Positions 48,236-58,770 of a DNA stretch of 64,000 bases are shown here, piece by piece. Source of the DNA: an uncultured virus (IMG/VR IMGVR_UViG_3300025327_000001) (Duplodnaviria > Heunggongvirae > Uroviricota > Caudoviricetes); the IMG/VR virus record IMGVR_UViG_3300025327_000001. One strand, written 5' to 3'. Every line of letters begins with the position of its first letter. Within the stretch, counting starts at the first letter, position 1. The translations under genes were made by a program, and so were the position numbers. Under the pieces are notes generated by a model. It did not search any database, had not been told where the DNA came from, and saw nothing but the letters and a program-made list of their open reading frames with translations.

Positions 48236-49487
48236 TATAAACACCCATATATTTAAATAATTTTTTTGGTCTCATACGCCATAATATTCTTCCGGCTGTT
48301 CTTTCATCTCCTAATATTTTATTTTTTATTTCTGTGTCAGATAGTCTTTTACCGCCGGGAGCAATTAAATAATGTGCCTCCTTTGTGAACTCAGATAATA
48401 TTTCTCTTGCTATATTATTCATACAAAATGATGTACAATAAGATTTTGAAAACCATTTGTGGGGTTCAAATCCTAATACTGTTAATTTATTCAAAAGAGA
48501 TTTATTGGCTTTTGTTTCTATCTCGCCATCAAATCTCATACCAGCACGTTCAAATATAGGATTATACTTTGCCATTGCAGCAACAACATCAGCATTTGGA
48601 TATTTCTTTAGATAATACTGAACGAGTAACTTACCAAAACCTATACCTCGATATGATGGATGTACGACAAGACGAGATATTCTTCTTCCACCGTCATGCA
48701 TTCTATATGTTCCAATAAGAAATCCCACTGTTTTATCTTTGAATTGTAATCTAATATAATCTTTAATACCTCCTGTGTATTTACCTTTATAATGTAAAAC
48801 ACCAATTGGTTCTTTTTTATACCAATCTTTTGTTTCTTCTATTATTTTTAAATCATTATTGTTAATAAATAAGTTCTTATTATGTTCTTTATATTGTGGA
48901 TATGCGACATCCCATCTAGACGGAAATGCTTTACCAGCAATAATCAAATCTGGTTGTAAATAAGGTATTATATCAACATGGGCGCTCGCAATAATAGCCG
49001 TTAAATTTAATTTTCTGACAATCTTTTGAAAGTTATAAGCAATGACAAAAGCTGTGTCTCTATCTAGAGAGGATAGAAATTCATCTATTATGATAGGACA
49101 ATCATTCTTTGATTCCAAAATCATTTTAGATAAACGTGCCCTCATTTTCTGACTATCACTTAAATATTTATAAGGTGTTAAAAACATTGTAGCATCGCCA
49201 AGACCTACAAGAGATAAGATTTGTAATGTTTTTTCTAAAGTATCACCATATGTATAAAGTGGCTTATTTTCATCTATAAAAATCTTGGTTTCGTTTCCTA
49301 ATGAGTTTAATAATGTTGTTTTCCCGCATCCAGATTCGCCAGTTATATATACTAAACGGGGAAGTATATCAGGCAATTCTATATCTATGACATTATTTAT
49401 AAATCCTTCATCTATACCAAAAGATTCGCCAATTTCTATAGCTTCATCTGAATCGATTTTATAATTAAAGGTCTTTTTTATTTTCAT
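48228..49487 (-). CDS. ABC-type ATPase fused to a GNAT acetyltransferase
   Basis: GESGCGKTT, LSDSQ, IIIDEF, H-loop; ISRLVVHPSYRGIGFG. Confidence 0.85.
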   Translation of the reverse strand: MKIKKTFNYKIDSDEAIEIGESFGIDEGFINNVIDIELPDILPRLVYITGESGCGKTTLLNSLGNETKIFIDENKPLYTYGDTLEKTLQILSLVGLGDATMFLTPYKYLSDSQKMRARLSKMILESKNDCPIIIDEFLSSLDRDTAFVIAYNFQKIVRKLNLTAIIASAHVDIIPYLQPDLIIAGKAFPSRWDVAYPQYKEHNKNLFINNNDLKIIEETKDWYKKEPIGVLHYKGKYTGGIKDYIRLQFKDKTVGFLIGTYRMHDGGRRISRLVVHPSYRGIGFGKLLVQYYLKKYPNADVVAAMAKYNPIFERAGMRFDGEIETKANKSLLNKLTVLGFEPHKWFSKSYCTSFCMNNIAREILSEFTKEAHYLIAPGGKRLSDTEIKNKILGDERTAGRILWRMRPKKLFKYMGVYNE

Positions 49488-49856
49488 GGTTGCACACACA
49501 TATCTTATTGGCGAACCATCCGTAACAATCCTTATGCATATTCACCTGACAACATACGCATTGTTTTTGTTCCTCATTGTCCCTTATGTACTCTTGTTTC
49601 ATGTATCTTCTTTCCCCTCTCGGTCGGCAATTCTTTCCTGCACACACTACATATCCATGGTAGATGACTACCATTTTCATTGTTGTTCTCATTCGTCTCT
49701 TTCATCTCTTCATTCATGTTAACACCTTTCCACTACCATTGCATTCATAACAGAAATTTAGATGCGTTATTTCCACAGGATTGTTTTTATTATGTACATA
49801 TCCCCTGCCATTACAATAAGGACATGGTTTTGCAGTCTTACCACGGAATGAATCTC

Positions 49857-50915
49857 TCATAATGTCGTCCACTTCTTCTTTTCTCTTAACTTTGAAATAT
49901 TCTCAGAACCCATATATGCTAGACCGTGCTTGATTCCACCCACAAGTCTATTGATAATTGTTTCTGTCGTTTCCCCGGTATCTGGAATGTATACCGTTCT
50001 GCCTTCCGGGGCTTCAATGTGAGCAATAGTGGATGCATCTTCTCCTGTTCGTTTGATTCGTTCTCTTTCTGCATGTTCGCTTGCCATCCCGCTATAAATT
50101 ACATATGTCTTAGTCCAAGGTAAATATGTATTATTAAATGTTACGCCGTCATCTGCCAATTGCCCTACGGTACGAGATGCGGGAGATTTATCTGTCGGAG
50201 CCAGTAATTTTCCTATGAATACCGTATCAGCACCAGCGGCCAGACATTTGACTATATCCCCACTATTTCGTATTCCGCCGTCTGATACTATCGGTGTTTC
50301 TGGATATCTTTCTCGTATCTTCTCAATAGCCACCAACTGGTTATAAGCAACACCAGTTGTAATCCTAGTAATACAAGACTGACCAGAACCAATTCCCACA
50401 CGGAATCCGTCAATACCTGCGTCATAGTATCTCTCTGCGGCCTCTGTAGTGACTATATTTGCAGATATAATATCAATGCTATATATCTTTTTTATGTATT
50501 TCACCAAGTCATAGCATTGTTTCATATCACCGTGGGCCACATCCATTGTCAATACATTACATCCAGCATTATACAACATATCAATGCGTTTCTCTTGGTT
50601 ATTGACACTGATAGATGCTCCGACATGTAATCCTGCGTCTCTGACTTTTTTGATTTGCTCTGCTTGTTCCCATTCAGGCATATAACGATGGATGATTCCT
50701 AGTCCACCAGAAGCTGCCATGAATGCGGCCATTTTGGTTTCTGTCACGCTATTCATTGGAGAGGAGATGATGGGATGTTTTAATTTAACATGACCGAACA
50801 CAGTATCTAATGATATCTGGTCCCTATTGGTCATTTCACTGTATTGAGGGACCAGCCAATATTTATCATAATCACTTTCTATTTCTGCGTTCAGTGATAT
50901 CCACCCCCATTGCAT
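49857..50915 (-). CDS. IMP dehydrogenase/GMP reductase family protein (no CBS domains)
   Basis: PIISSPM, GGLGIIHR, DVAHG, VGIGSGQSCITR, SDGGIRNSGDIVK, YSGMAS; start uncertain. Confidence 0.9.
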   Translation of the reverse strand: MQWGWISLNAEIESDYDKYWLVPQYSEMTNRDQISLDTVFGHVKLKHPIISSPMNSVTETKMAAFMAASGGLGIIHRYMPEWEQAEQIKKVRDAGLHVGASISVNNQEKRIDMLYNAGCNVLTMDVAHGDMKQCYDLVKYIKKIYSIDIISANIVTTEAAERYYDAGIDGFRVGIGSGQSCITRITTGVAYNQLVAIEKIRERYPETPIVSDGGIRNSGDIVKCLAAGADTVFIGKLLAPTDKSPASRTVGQLADDGVTFNNTYLPWTKTYVIYSGMASEHAERERIKRTGEDASTIAHIEAPEGRTVYIPDTGETTETIINRLVGGIKHGLAYMGSENISKLREKKKWTTL

Positions 50916-51219
50916 TGAAACATATGGTACACCCGCTCTTTGGCCAGTGATTAACCCTATGTTTATTTAATGGATGTCGGCATGTATAACATATTATAAT
51001 ATTATTTTCTGTTATGAATGTCTTACCACATTGAAATAATGGGGCATTTATTAAAGGAGAGGAAGGAACAGGCCATGGAAAAGTAATATAAATTGGTGGA
51101 TATGTTCCAGTTCCAGAACTATAGTCTGCGGTATTTGATGTTGGATAAATATAGGTATTATCACCGGACCCAGTGGCAGTAGTGGTACTCCAATATTTAT
51201 AAGATATATTTACATTCAT
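50872..51219 (-). CDS. Hypothetical Cys/His-rich protein
   Basis: ORF coupled to neighbours. Confidence 0.5.
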   Translation of the reverse strand: MNVNISYKYWSTTTATGSGDNTYIYPTSNTADYSSGTGTYPPIYITFPWPVPSSPLINAPLFQCGKTFITENNIIICYTCRHPLNKHRVNHWPKSGCTICFNAMGVDITERRNRK

Positions 51220-51488
51220 AGTTTAATCTCCCTCATATCTATCAATTTGTTCTTTTTGCTTACAACATTAATTTTATCCACATTGAAGAACATATGACTA
51301 TTTTTCTCATCATCATATTTTATTTCCAGACTCCTATTATCAAAATCTATGAGTATTCCAATGATTCGTTCCCCACTTCTACGGCTCTTTGTTGTCTTAT
51401 TTTTTGTTGTATCTCTTCCAGATATTTTATTAGTTCTTGGAACCCGTATTCGTTTAGTGTTGTCTGTCTTAGATTTCTTAACATTCAT
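51216..51488 (-). CDS. Hypothetical basic protein
   Basis: ORF coupled to neighbours; GGAG RBS. Confidence 0.55.
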   Translation of the reverse strand: MNVKKSKTDNTKRIRVPRTNKISGRDTTKNKTTKSRRSGERIIGILIDFDNRSLEIKYDDEKNSHMFFNVDKINVVSKKNKLIDMREIKL

Positions 51489-51726
51489 ATAGCCACTCCT
51501 GTATTATCATGGAGCATGGTAATTTCATGCCTGATGGTATTGTACATCTCTTATAATTACTATGTTGTATTATCCATCCTCTATGGGTCCTTTTTTCCGT
51601 TTGGATATTAATACGACATTTTTCATATATCCACCCTTCTAATTGACAAAGGGGACATATTACTTTTCCAGCCAATTGGAGGAATAGTACATTATCGCCC
51701 TTTCTCTTGATTTTCCACTCTTTCAT
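51478..51726 (-). CDS. Small zinc-binding protein
   Basis: CPLC...H...C. Confidence 0.55.
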   Translation of the reverse strand: MKEWKIKRKGDNVLFLQLAGKVICPLCQLEGWIYEKCRINIQTEKRTHRGWIIQHSNYKRCTIPSGMKLPCSMIIQEWLYEC

Positions 51727-51988
51727 ATCGACTCCTCACCCTGTAATATAACACTGTTATGAGCACTGCGAATATTGAAGTGACATTTAGGATACCGCCA
51801 ATGAACCATATCCATACATCTTCCTGCCATGCGTAGAGGAAGATGATAAAGACCCCTGTAAACAACATGACCTGCCATAACAGAGATACATCATTGGAAC
51901 TCTTATTCTTATACATTCTGTATATTGCAGGAATGCTAGACAGATTGAGCAATATGTATGCCAATATTGGGGTATACGAGGGAATCAT
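51692..51988 (-). CDS. PQ-loop/SemiSWEET-like three-TM protein
   Basis: IPAIYRMYKNKSSNDVS plus three TM helices and a TM3 Asn. Confidence 0.75.
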   Translation of the reverse strand: MIPSYTPILAYILLNLSSIPAIYRMYKNKSSNDVSLLWQVMLFTGVFIIFLYAWQEDVWIWFIGGILNVTSIFAVLITVLYYRVRSRYERVENQEKGR

Positions 51989-52127
51989 TCAGAAAACCCA
52001 TTTCAATACTAATAGACCAAGAAGAAGAACGGTAGTCCATATTGCATACACTAACAATCTGTCCGTATGAGCATTATACACTTTCACCGTGAAATCATTG
52101 ACATACTTCTTGGATTTTCTCATATAA

Positions 52128-52997
52128 TCACACACTTACATTGACATCTACACGCACACGCCCATCAAAGCGAAGGGCTGGACGCATCTGAATCAATGTT
52201 CCCCCTAATGAGACAGGGGTGAGCATCTTCTTTTCTATATATCCCCCTGCCGGATATCCTGCCTCATCAACACTACCCAAGTCATAGCCTTTGAGGAATC
52301 CACCAGTAAGTACAAGGTATCTGTTAATTGATTCATCAACAAAACTTCCGTTCTTAATGGAATATTCTACCCATGGAACGGCTGTTGCTGCTTTTCTATG
52401 AAAATGACCCATCAAATAAATATTAGAGAAAAACGTTTTTGATATATGACCAAGTTTAGTCAAGCCAGCACCTTCTGAGATACCAGAACCCTGTCCATGA
52501 TGCATAAATATTTGACCATATACCGTCTGTTTCGTCTTGGGCTCTTGCATCTCTACAGCGATGATACCATTATCACCAAGAAATTGACAATCCAATGCCT
52601 TCGCCAATCTCAGGTCTGAAGTAGTACCGTCTGCAAAAGGCCAGTAGTGATGTCCCCTGACCAACCCTAGCCATCGTCCCTTGGTCTTTTTGAATATTTC
52701 CTCCATATCTTCTCCCATTTTACCAAAAGCCTTGGATATCGTGACATTGGCACTATCATACAAATTCGACTTGACACTCAATAACAATGCTCTGTTAGAT
52801 GGTGATACGGTGTCGATATAATCTCCCATACCAACAAAATATGCATTTTGTTTCAGACCCCAATCCAGATAACGTTCTAGACGGTCTAAATCTGTTGCGC
52901 CACCGTATTGAATATCTCCTACTGGCAATATCCTAACTTCCTTCATTGGCAGGGTATCAGAATCCACTAACTTAGGTTTCACAACTGCTATTTCCAT
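52128..52997 (-). CDS. Calcineurin-like metallophosphoesterase
   Basis: GDIQ, GDYID, GHH, HHG, GHFH. Confidence 0.85.
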   Translation of the reverse strand: MEIAVVKPKLVDSDTLPMKEVRILPVGDIQYGGATDLDRLERYLDWGLKQNAYFVGMGDYIDTVSPSNRALLLSVKSNLYDSANVTISKAFGKMGEDMEEIFKKTKGRWLGLVRGHHYWPFADGTTSDLRLAKALDCQFLGDNGIIAVEMQEPKTKQTVYGQIFMHHGQGSGISEGAGLTKLGHISKTFFSNIYLMGHFHRKAATAVPWVEYSIKNGSFVDESINRYLVLTGGFLKGYDLGSVDEAGYPAGGYIEKKMLTPVSLGGTLIQMRPALRFDGRVRVDVNVSV

Positions 52998-53047
52998 GGC
53001 ACTCTAGAACTCCTGTTCTACGTTGGGTCTATATGTCATGGTCATTC

Positions 53048-53422
53048 TTATATCTTTGGTCTTTGTCTTACCCTTGGCGGACAGATGTTATGACTATAGA
53101 AACGTTTACAATCTATACAATGCACTGAACTTTTATATTCGTGAACATTGGAATATTTAACATAACCTGCATATCGTTTAAATCCTCCTCTCTTTCCAGT
53201 TTTTAGATATCTTCTTCTGGATTCTAAGTTACAATTTCGCTTATGTATAGAATAGTTAAATCCGATATGATTTGTTTTTGGGGTATATTTTATATTAATA
53301 TAATATGCAACTCCATTACTTAAATATATATTATTTAAATATTTTACATAACGAATAAAATTAGGATGATGTTTATCTTTAATGAGCCCTATTCGGACCA
53401 CCCCTTTTATATCTTGTCTCAT
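53048..53422 (-). CDS. Hypothetical basic protein
   Basis: AT-rich ORF; C-terminal CIDC..H..C. Confidence 0.5.
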   Translation of the reverse strand: MRQDIKGVVRIGLIKDKHHPNFIRYVKYLNNIYLSNGVAYYINIKYTPKTNHIGFNYSIHKRNCNLESRRRYLKTGKRGGFKRYAGYVKYSNVHEYKSSVHCIDCKRFYSHNICPPRVRQRPKI

Positions 53423-53660
53423 ATTTCCTCTTGCGTTTATCCATCTCCTTGTAATATTCCTCCTCCCATGCATCCAAGGAATCCTCTATATCATAATCGT
53501 CCATGTTATCAGTATCATTATCATTAGATTGTTTATCCTTATTGCTGTCCTTCATTTACAATCTTCGTCCATTTACGACAGAATGGGCATTTGTCACTAA
53601 GTCTGTAACGTTCTATATGTTTGTCTAGCATATGTTCCTGCTGTTCTCTGAGATTCATAA

Positions 53661-54206
53661 CTATCCCCATTGTTCTGCCATTGCTGATGCTATCCCGGTA
53701 TAAAATCTGCTTCTATTTTTCCATCTATCTGGTGCTGGTGATTCATACCAAACTCTTGGTGTTCTTCCATTTACAATATCCGTTGGTCTAAGTTTAGGAA
53801 GATTTTTCAACCATAGACATATAGACTTGGTTTCTCCATGTCCAAATTGCCATGGTTGTATGATTTGGTCAGGTTTTCGATATTTAGTTGACATGATACC
53901 TATGGGATTTTCAACGGCTATTTTGTCTATCGGTGCATTAATGAGGGACATAAAAAATAGGATTGCCTCTTTCTGTTCCTTTTCTTTATTCTTGAACCAA
54001 CGTGCTCCACTAGACGATAAATGCGTACATGGAGGAAATGCAATCATCATGTCCCATTTGTTATTTATTATATTTAATATATTATCTTGTATATGAGGAC
54101 CATTTCGTTCACTTTCTAACAAATCACAAGATATTGCATCATGTCCTTTCTGAATAAATATGTCACGGACTATACCACTAAATTCACAAGCTATTAGGAT
54201 TTTCAT
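53661..54206 (-). CDS. Short C5-cytosine DNA methyltransferase
   Basis: ACEFSG, FPPCT (catalytic PC), ENP, RSRFYTGIASAMAEQW. Confidence 0.85.
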   Translation of the reverse strand: MKILIACEFSGIVRDIFIQKGHDAISCDLLESERNGPHIQDNILNIINNKWDMMIAFPPCTHLSSSGARWFKNKEKEQKEAILFFMSLINAPIDKIAVENPIGIMSTKYRKPDQIIQPWQFGHGETKSICLWLKNLPKLRPTDIVNGRTPRVWYESPAPDRWKNRSRFYTGIASAMAEQWG

Positions 54207-54252
54207 CTCCTACACTCCCAAATCCATTAATATCTGTCATATAACCACTTAA

Positions 54253-55065
54253 TCACTTCTTCAAATCAGTATGGTCAGGATGACATTTTTCCGTAAAAGG
54301 ACAATAGATTGGCCTACATTTCCAACCTTCATCTTGGTCCTTCCAATCGATTTCTGGCTTTCCATTCGGCAAATAAATCTTTTTATCATTCACTGCTTCA
54401 TATAATCCAATCGCCCGTTCCTTCAATTTATTGATTATTTTGGTCTGGTCTATGATATTATCCTTGACATTGAATTCCTTGACTATTAAATCACCCAAAT
54501 CCAGATAATATATCCTGACTTTGGGGGCTCCGAAGATATATGCATACGTCATCAATTGAATGAAATGGTCCTTCTTGGCCCCCTGCTTCTTCACATACCA
54601 TAGATTTTTCACGGTCTTTAGGTCATTCACACAGGTTATTTTCCCATCTTCCACATCAAGCCAGTCTGCACGCCCGACGATGGAGATATTATACCCCCTG
54701 TCATTCTCTACTGGTATATTGAAATCGACCTGACTATGAGGCATTGCCATCGAAAAAATAAGGTCGAATATGTTACCACGGAAGAAATAATATTGAGTCT
54801 GTAATGAGGGTTCTAATTGCTCTACGGTGTATCCTTCGGGTGGGTTACGGAGATAGGATGCCTTGGTGCAACATCCAATGAGTTCCGTGACATGGAATAT
54901 ATCATTAGACCCCCATGTAGATTTAGATTCCTCAATGTTCTGTTTTATACGTTGTAGTTTAACATTGTCTGTTAATATACGAAAGAGAGCATCATCATCA
55001 TATAATAAATCCTTCATAGGGTCTGGTAAGTGTTCAATACCTTTTAATGTACGAGCTTCTTTCAT
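54253..55065 (-). CDS. Cas4-like PD-(D/E)xK exonuclease
   Basis: GRAD..DLKT..QLMTY; N-terminal Cys plus C-terminal C..C..C Fe-S ligands. Confidence 0.85.
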   Translation of the reverse strand: MKEARTLKGIEHLPDPMKDLLYDDDALFRILTDNVKLQRIKQNIEESKSTWGSNDIFHVTELIGCCTKASYLRNPPEGYTVEQLEPSLQTQYYFFRGNIFDLIFSMAMPHSQVDFNIPVENDRGYNISIVGRADWLDVEDGKITCVNDLKTVKNLWYVKKQGAKKDHFIQLMTYAYIFGAPKVRIYYLDLGDLIVKEFNVKDNIIDQTKIINKLKERAIGLYEAVNDKKIYLPNGKPEIDWKDQDEGWKCRPIYCPFTEKCHPDHTDLKK

Positions 55066-55091
55066 AAGAAAACAACAACCGTATTATGATA

Positions 55092-55352
55092 TTAACGATA
55101 TGCCTGTTGAGTGTTGGAATTGATATTATCAGCATCTGATTTATATATTGTATTTTGTTCATTAGTATCCTTTAAAATCGATTGATGGTCCTTTGCTATC
55201 TCTATCAGTGTTTGAACAAAACCTGACAATACCAATAATCTCTTTTCTAATACTTCTTTATCCTGTTCCAAAGTCTCTATACGTTTAGATAGTTCCTCAA
55301 GTTTGTTTCTTGCTTCTTCATCCTTAGCATTTAGGCTCCAAGGCATAACCAT
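55092..55352 (-). CDS. Coiled-coil protein
   Basis: Heptad repeats. Confidence 0.6.
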   Translation of the reverse strand: MVMPWSLNAKDEEARNKLEELSKRIETLEQDKEVLEKRLLVLSGFVQTLIEIAKDHQSILKDTNEQNTIYKSDADNINSNTQQAYR

Positions 55353-55365
55353 CTACATAATCCCC

Positions 55366-55707
55366 CTATTTCTTAATCTTTTTCTTTCTATGTTCTACCC
55401 AATAGAATTTAAGAGGATAGAAATCGTTGAAATGCCAATGATCTGCTTTATATTTATAGATACTATTGATTGGTTTGCGTAAAAACCTAGAACCCTTATA
55501 TATAATCTGTCCACATCCAGCACAATATTGCTCTATTTGCCCCTTTATCTCTTTATCCTCATATACAGGCGATAAGTTTCCTTTCTCATCTTTAGCATAG
55601 TTTGTGATTACCTTTAATTTTAATGGCCTTGTCAATATTTTCGGATGTTCCACGCCATCGCAAAATAGTTTCTGTTCTGTCTTATTTTCTTTATTTTCTA
55701 GGTTCAT
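55366..55707 (-). CDS. Hypothetical protein
   Basis: GGAG RBS; CAGC motif. Confidence 0.55.
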   Translation of the reverse strand: MNLENKENKTEQKLFCDGVEHPKILTRPLKLKVITNYAKDEKGNLSPVYEDKEIKGQIEQYCAGCGQIIYKGSRFLRKPINSIYKYKADHWHFNDFYPLKFYWVEHRKKKIKK

Positions 55708-55841
55708 CTTCCATCTCCCAAGGCAATACTAAACTTGATTTCTTGCATACTTTGCAATATTTCACCGTGTTTTGTTTTGTGATGTTATAAAACACGACAA
55801 CATAATTAGAACCACAACGAGAACATTTATACTGCATAATA

Positions 55842-57125
55842 TCATGTCTTACTCATATTGTTGTTATCCTTCTTATCCTCTAATTTGTTATCACTATCCT
55901 CTTTCATATATTTCCATATATCAAACCATTCACTGCCCTTGGTAATCCATGTGACAGGTCTGCCCGGATTTGTTTGTTCTTTATGATGTTTTCTAAGCAC
56001 TTGTCGAGCGATAAGACTATTTATCCTTTCCGAAGATTGTGCAAATGTTATACCTAATGACTGTAATCGACGTTTTAATTCTGATAATGGCCAATCCCTC
56101 TCTCGTATCAATTTTAATATCTGGACATTCATTGATTCGCCCATCATGATATTACGCCATGTCCATCCATATTCAAACATTTCCTTAAGTTGTTTATCTG
56201 CCTTTATAATCAAATCTGTATCGTCATACTTGTAATTGGTCATCACATTATATCCGATTGCAAGTTTCTCGAATAATATAATTTCCGTATGTGTCATTCT
56301 GAGACTATATGCAAGATTGTCATAAGAGGAATCAAATATCAACTGACCCGGTACGTTGAAATTATCGTATAAATATCCAAATTGGTCCCTTAAGGAACTG
56401 ATTTTATTGAAATCTGGAAATACTCCTCTGCTCTTTCTATAGGCTTCAACATATGCTTGTACATCTCTTTCATCAGGCGTAGCATCTATAACGAATAAAC
56501 GACGAGCCATACCTGATGCTAAGTCCAATCGTTCATTTTGCGTACCTGCGTGCATCGTCATATAAGATTGGAATTCTATCTTCCCATTCTTCAGGCGTTT
56601 CTCTACTTTACCATCATCCAGCAGTTTAAGGAAAGCGACATCCAGATTGGCAGAATGCTCTTGTTTCATCGTCTGTGTCTGCGCTGCAAATTCTTCCGAC
56701 CAGATGATAGCATTGTCATATTCTTCTGCCAAACCTAATATCTTTTTACCTTCCCCATCGAAAGAACCAACCAATCCTGCCTCTGTAATCATACCTACTT
56801 CTGTATTTGGATATGTTGTAGCCACGCCATTATAAGTATTGAACAATAGATTCTGATTAAAACTTTTACTGAAGCCAGGGGGGGCTATTGTGATTAAATG
56901 CAATCGAAGGTCAGGAGTTCCACCAGCGACACCATAGAACAAATTACCCTTGCCCTTGTATTTCTTGTTCCGCAGATTGGCAATATGTGACCCAATAGAG
57001 GACAAAATGAATGGGAAGTATCTTTCCACATAGAGCACGCCAACCTGTTTGAGATAGGATTGTGTCTCATCCCATAGTTGTTTAGGACTGGAATATGTTG
57101 GATTCTGTGTTATATCAATCTTCAT
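55842..57125 (-). CDS. MCM-like AAA+ ATPase with a probable C-terminal winged helix (putative replicative helicase)
   Basis: APPGFSKS, ITEAGLVGS, IIWSEEF, MARRL arginine finger. Confidence 0.75.
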   Translation of the reverse strand: MKIDITQNPTYSSPKQLWDETQSYLKQVGVLYVERYFPFILSSIGSHIANLRNKKYKGKGNLFYGVAGGTPDLRLHLITIAPPGFSKSFNQNLLFNTYNGVATTYPNTEVGMITEAGLVGSFDGEGKKILGLAEEYDNAIIWSEEFAAQTQTMKQEHSANLDVAFLKLLDDGKVEKRLKNGKIEFQSYMTMHAGTQNERLDLASGMARRLFVIDATPDERDVQAYVEAYRKSRGVFPDFNKISSLRDQFGYLYDNFNVPGQLIFDSSYDNLAYSLRMTHTEIILFEKLAIGYNVMTNYKYDDTDLIIKADKQLKEMFEYGWTWRNIMMGESMNVQILKLIRERDWPLSELKRRLQSLGITFAQSSERINSLIARQVLRKHHKEQTNPGRPVTWITKGSEWFDIWKYMKEDSDNKLEDKKDNNNMSKT

Positions 57126-57246
57126 TCCTTATCGACCGCCATACCATCATCTGTCATCAGATATAAGTTTGGTGGTATCGGCGTGTTATCAGCGTGTTAT
57201 CAGGAGGAAATAATATGTTAATATCATTATACCATACCCATTTCAT
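57122..57246 (-). pseudogene. Small ORF frameshifted by an 11-bp tandem duplication
   Basis: gcgtgttatca twice at 57181-57202; removing one copy gives a 37-aa ORF with ATGA overlap to the MCM-like gene. Confidence 0.5.
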
Positions 57247-57360
57247 CCTTTCCATTCTTTCTTCTTACAATGGGTCAGGCCCATCGCCCCATGCTAATAA
57301 ACCAAATATAATAATACCTATGAATAATAAGAATAATATAATAAATTCTATCTCAGACAT

Positions 57361-57609
57361 CTATCTCACCATTATCTCATATGCGAAGTGTTCCAATGCT
57401 GATGGTTTGATACTGTTCAATTCGTATGCAATGATAGCAAATATGGGCCATTCATGGTCTGTCTGCATTAAATGGATAGGTTTGCCCAACATCAAATCGT
57501 AGACATCATATATGGCATCCTTCGGAAAATCCAAATTGTTTGTCAGAGAGTCCCACAAATCTTCCAAGAATGTGTCTTTCTTTATGTGTGCGTTCATATC
57601 ATACACCAT
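57361..57609 (-). CDS. Hypothetical protein
   Basis: ORF with a TTTATA box upstream. Confidence 0.55.
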   Translation of the reverse strand: MVYDMNAHIKKDTFLEDLWDSLTNNLDFPKDAIYDVYDLMLGKPIHLMQTDHEWPIFAIIAYELNSIKPSALEHFAYEIMVR

Positions 57610-57721
57610 ATTATTATTTAATTCGCAATATAAATCTCTTAGCGAACCAACGACCTAGGAAAACACCAGCAACAAATCCAATCATTACTTGTATTAAGAA
57701 GATATAATCAGGTGTCATCTA

Positions 57722-58120
57722 TCATCTTATCTCCGGCCCTATGATATTATTCTCTGATTCTTCCATCGCCCGTCTGAAATCTTCCAATTGTTCTTTCCCA
57801 CTCTCTGCCGTCACGATGATTATCACTAGTTCTCCATAAAACGCTTCAAACTTATTTAACATTGCTATTACATCAGGGAAATTATCAGGATGTTGTATGG
57901 CCCAGTTGATTATATTATCCATCCTCTCCATCCAATTTTTACGCCATTGCTCCAGATATTCGGACTTCTTCTCTTGCTTGACACCCTTCAAAAACGAGTC
58001 TAATTTCGCATATACATTTCCATTGATAGTATGACCATGTTCCTCGTCTTGTTCATGCTCATGAGGGAAAATACTTCCCTTCAATGCCTTGCCTCCGAAT
58101 ATCATAGACAATTTACTCAT
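57722..58120 (-). CDS. Hypothetical helical protein with a His/Glu-rich loop
   Basis: ATGA-coupled ORF. Confidence 0.6.
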   Translation of the reverse strand: MSKLSMIFGGKALKGSIFPHEHEQDEEHGHTINGNVYAKLDSFLKGVKQEKKSEYLEQWRKNWMERMDNIINWAIQHPDNFPDVIAMLNKFEAFYGELVIIIVTAESGKEQLEDFRRAMEESENNIIGPEIR

Positions 58121-58356
58121 TTTGTATTCTTAATCTCCTGTAGTTCTTGTAGTTCTTTCTTCGGAGCGAAGAATAACTGTGCTTGACGCAACATCAATAA
58201 ACATCCACATTGTTTACATTCATATCCGTTATCGGCATTCAATAATAATAAGCGATGTGGCGGACATAGTTGCACTGGTTCTAGCGTAGGTGCTGGCTTT
58301 AAATTCACTAGTTCGGGAGGCGCTTGTCTGGATTTTACTGACTTTTTCTTTGACAT
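58117..58356 (-). CDS. Small zinc-finger protein
   Basis: CPPH...CKQCG; AGGAG RBS. Confidence 0.6.
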   Translation of the reverse strand: MSKKKSVKSRQAPPELVNLKPAPTLEPVQLCPPHRLLLLNADNGYECKQCGCLLMLRQAQLFFAPKKELQELQEIKNTK

Positions 58357-58497
58357 AATTAATTTCTCCTTTTCTTCTCTCCTTTACATATTTTTGAATG
58401 TTCTGTTATCAATATAGATAAGAGTCTTATCTTTTTATGTAATTGTTCATGTGGCCCAGTATAATATTCATTACAATCGTTACAGTATTCGCTCATA

Positions 58498-58761
58498 TCA
58501 AAACCAAATTCCTATTACAACTAACAACGTGCCAAATAATACCCCGCCAAAGAAATTAATATTCCACCAGAATGCCGCATCTACATAAATCATCTTATGG
58601 AAAGGCAATCCTACACCCGGTCTTGGTGGTACTGGACCATTAACACGCCCTGCCTCATAAACCTGTGGTATCCAATCCTCCCAAGCCCTGTGTGCAAAAT
58701 CTATACCCCAACCTCCGAAGGCAATGAGAAAACCTCCTATAACTAATAACAACGGTATCAT
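58498..58761 (-). CDS. Two-TM membrane protein
   Basis: Hydrophobic termini. Confidence 0.65.
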   Translation of the reverse strand: MIPLLLVIGGFLIAFGGWGIDFAHRAWEDWIPQVYEAGRVNGPVPPRPGVGLPFHKMIYVDAAFWWNINFFGGVLFGTLLVVIGIWF

Positions 58762-58770
58762 ATTTTAATC

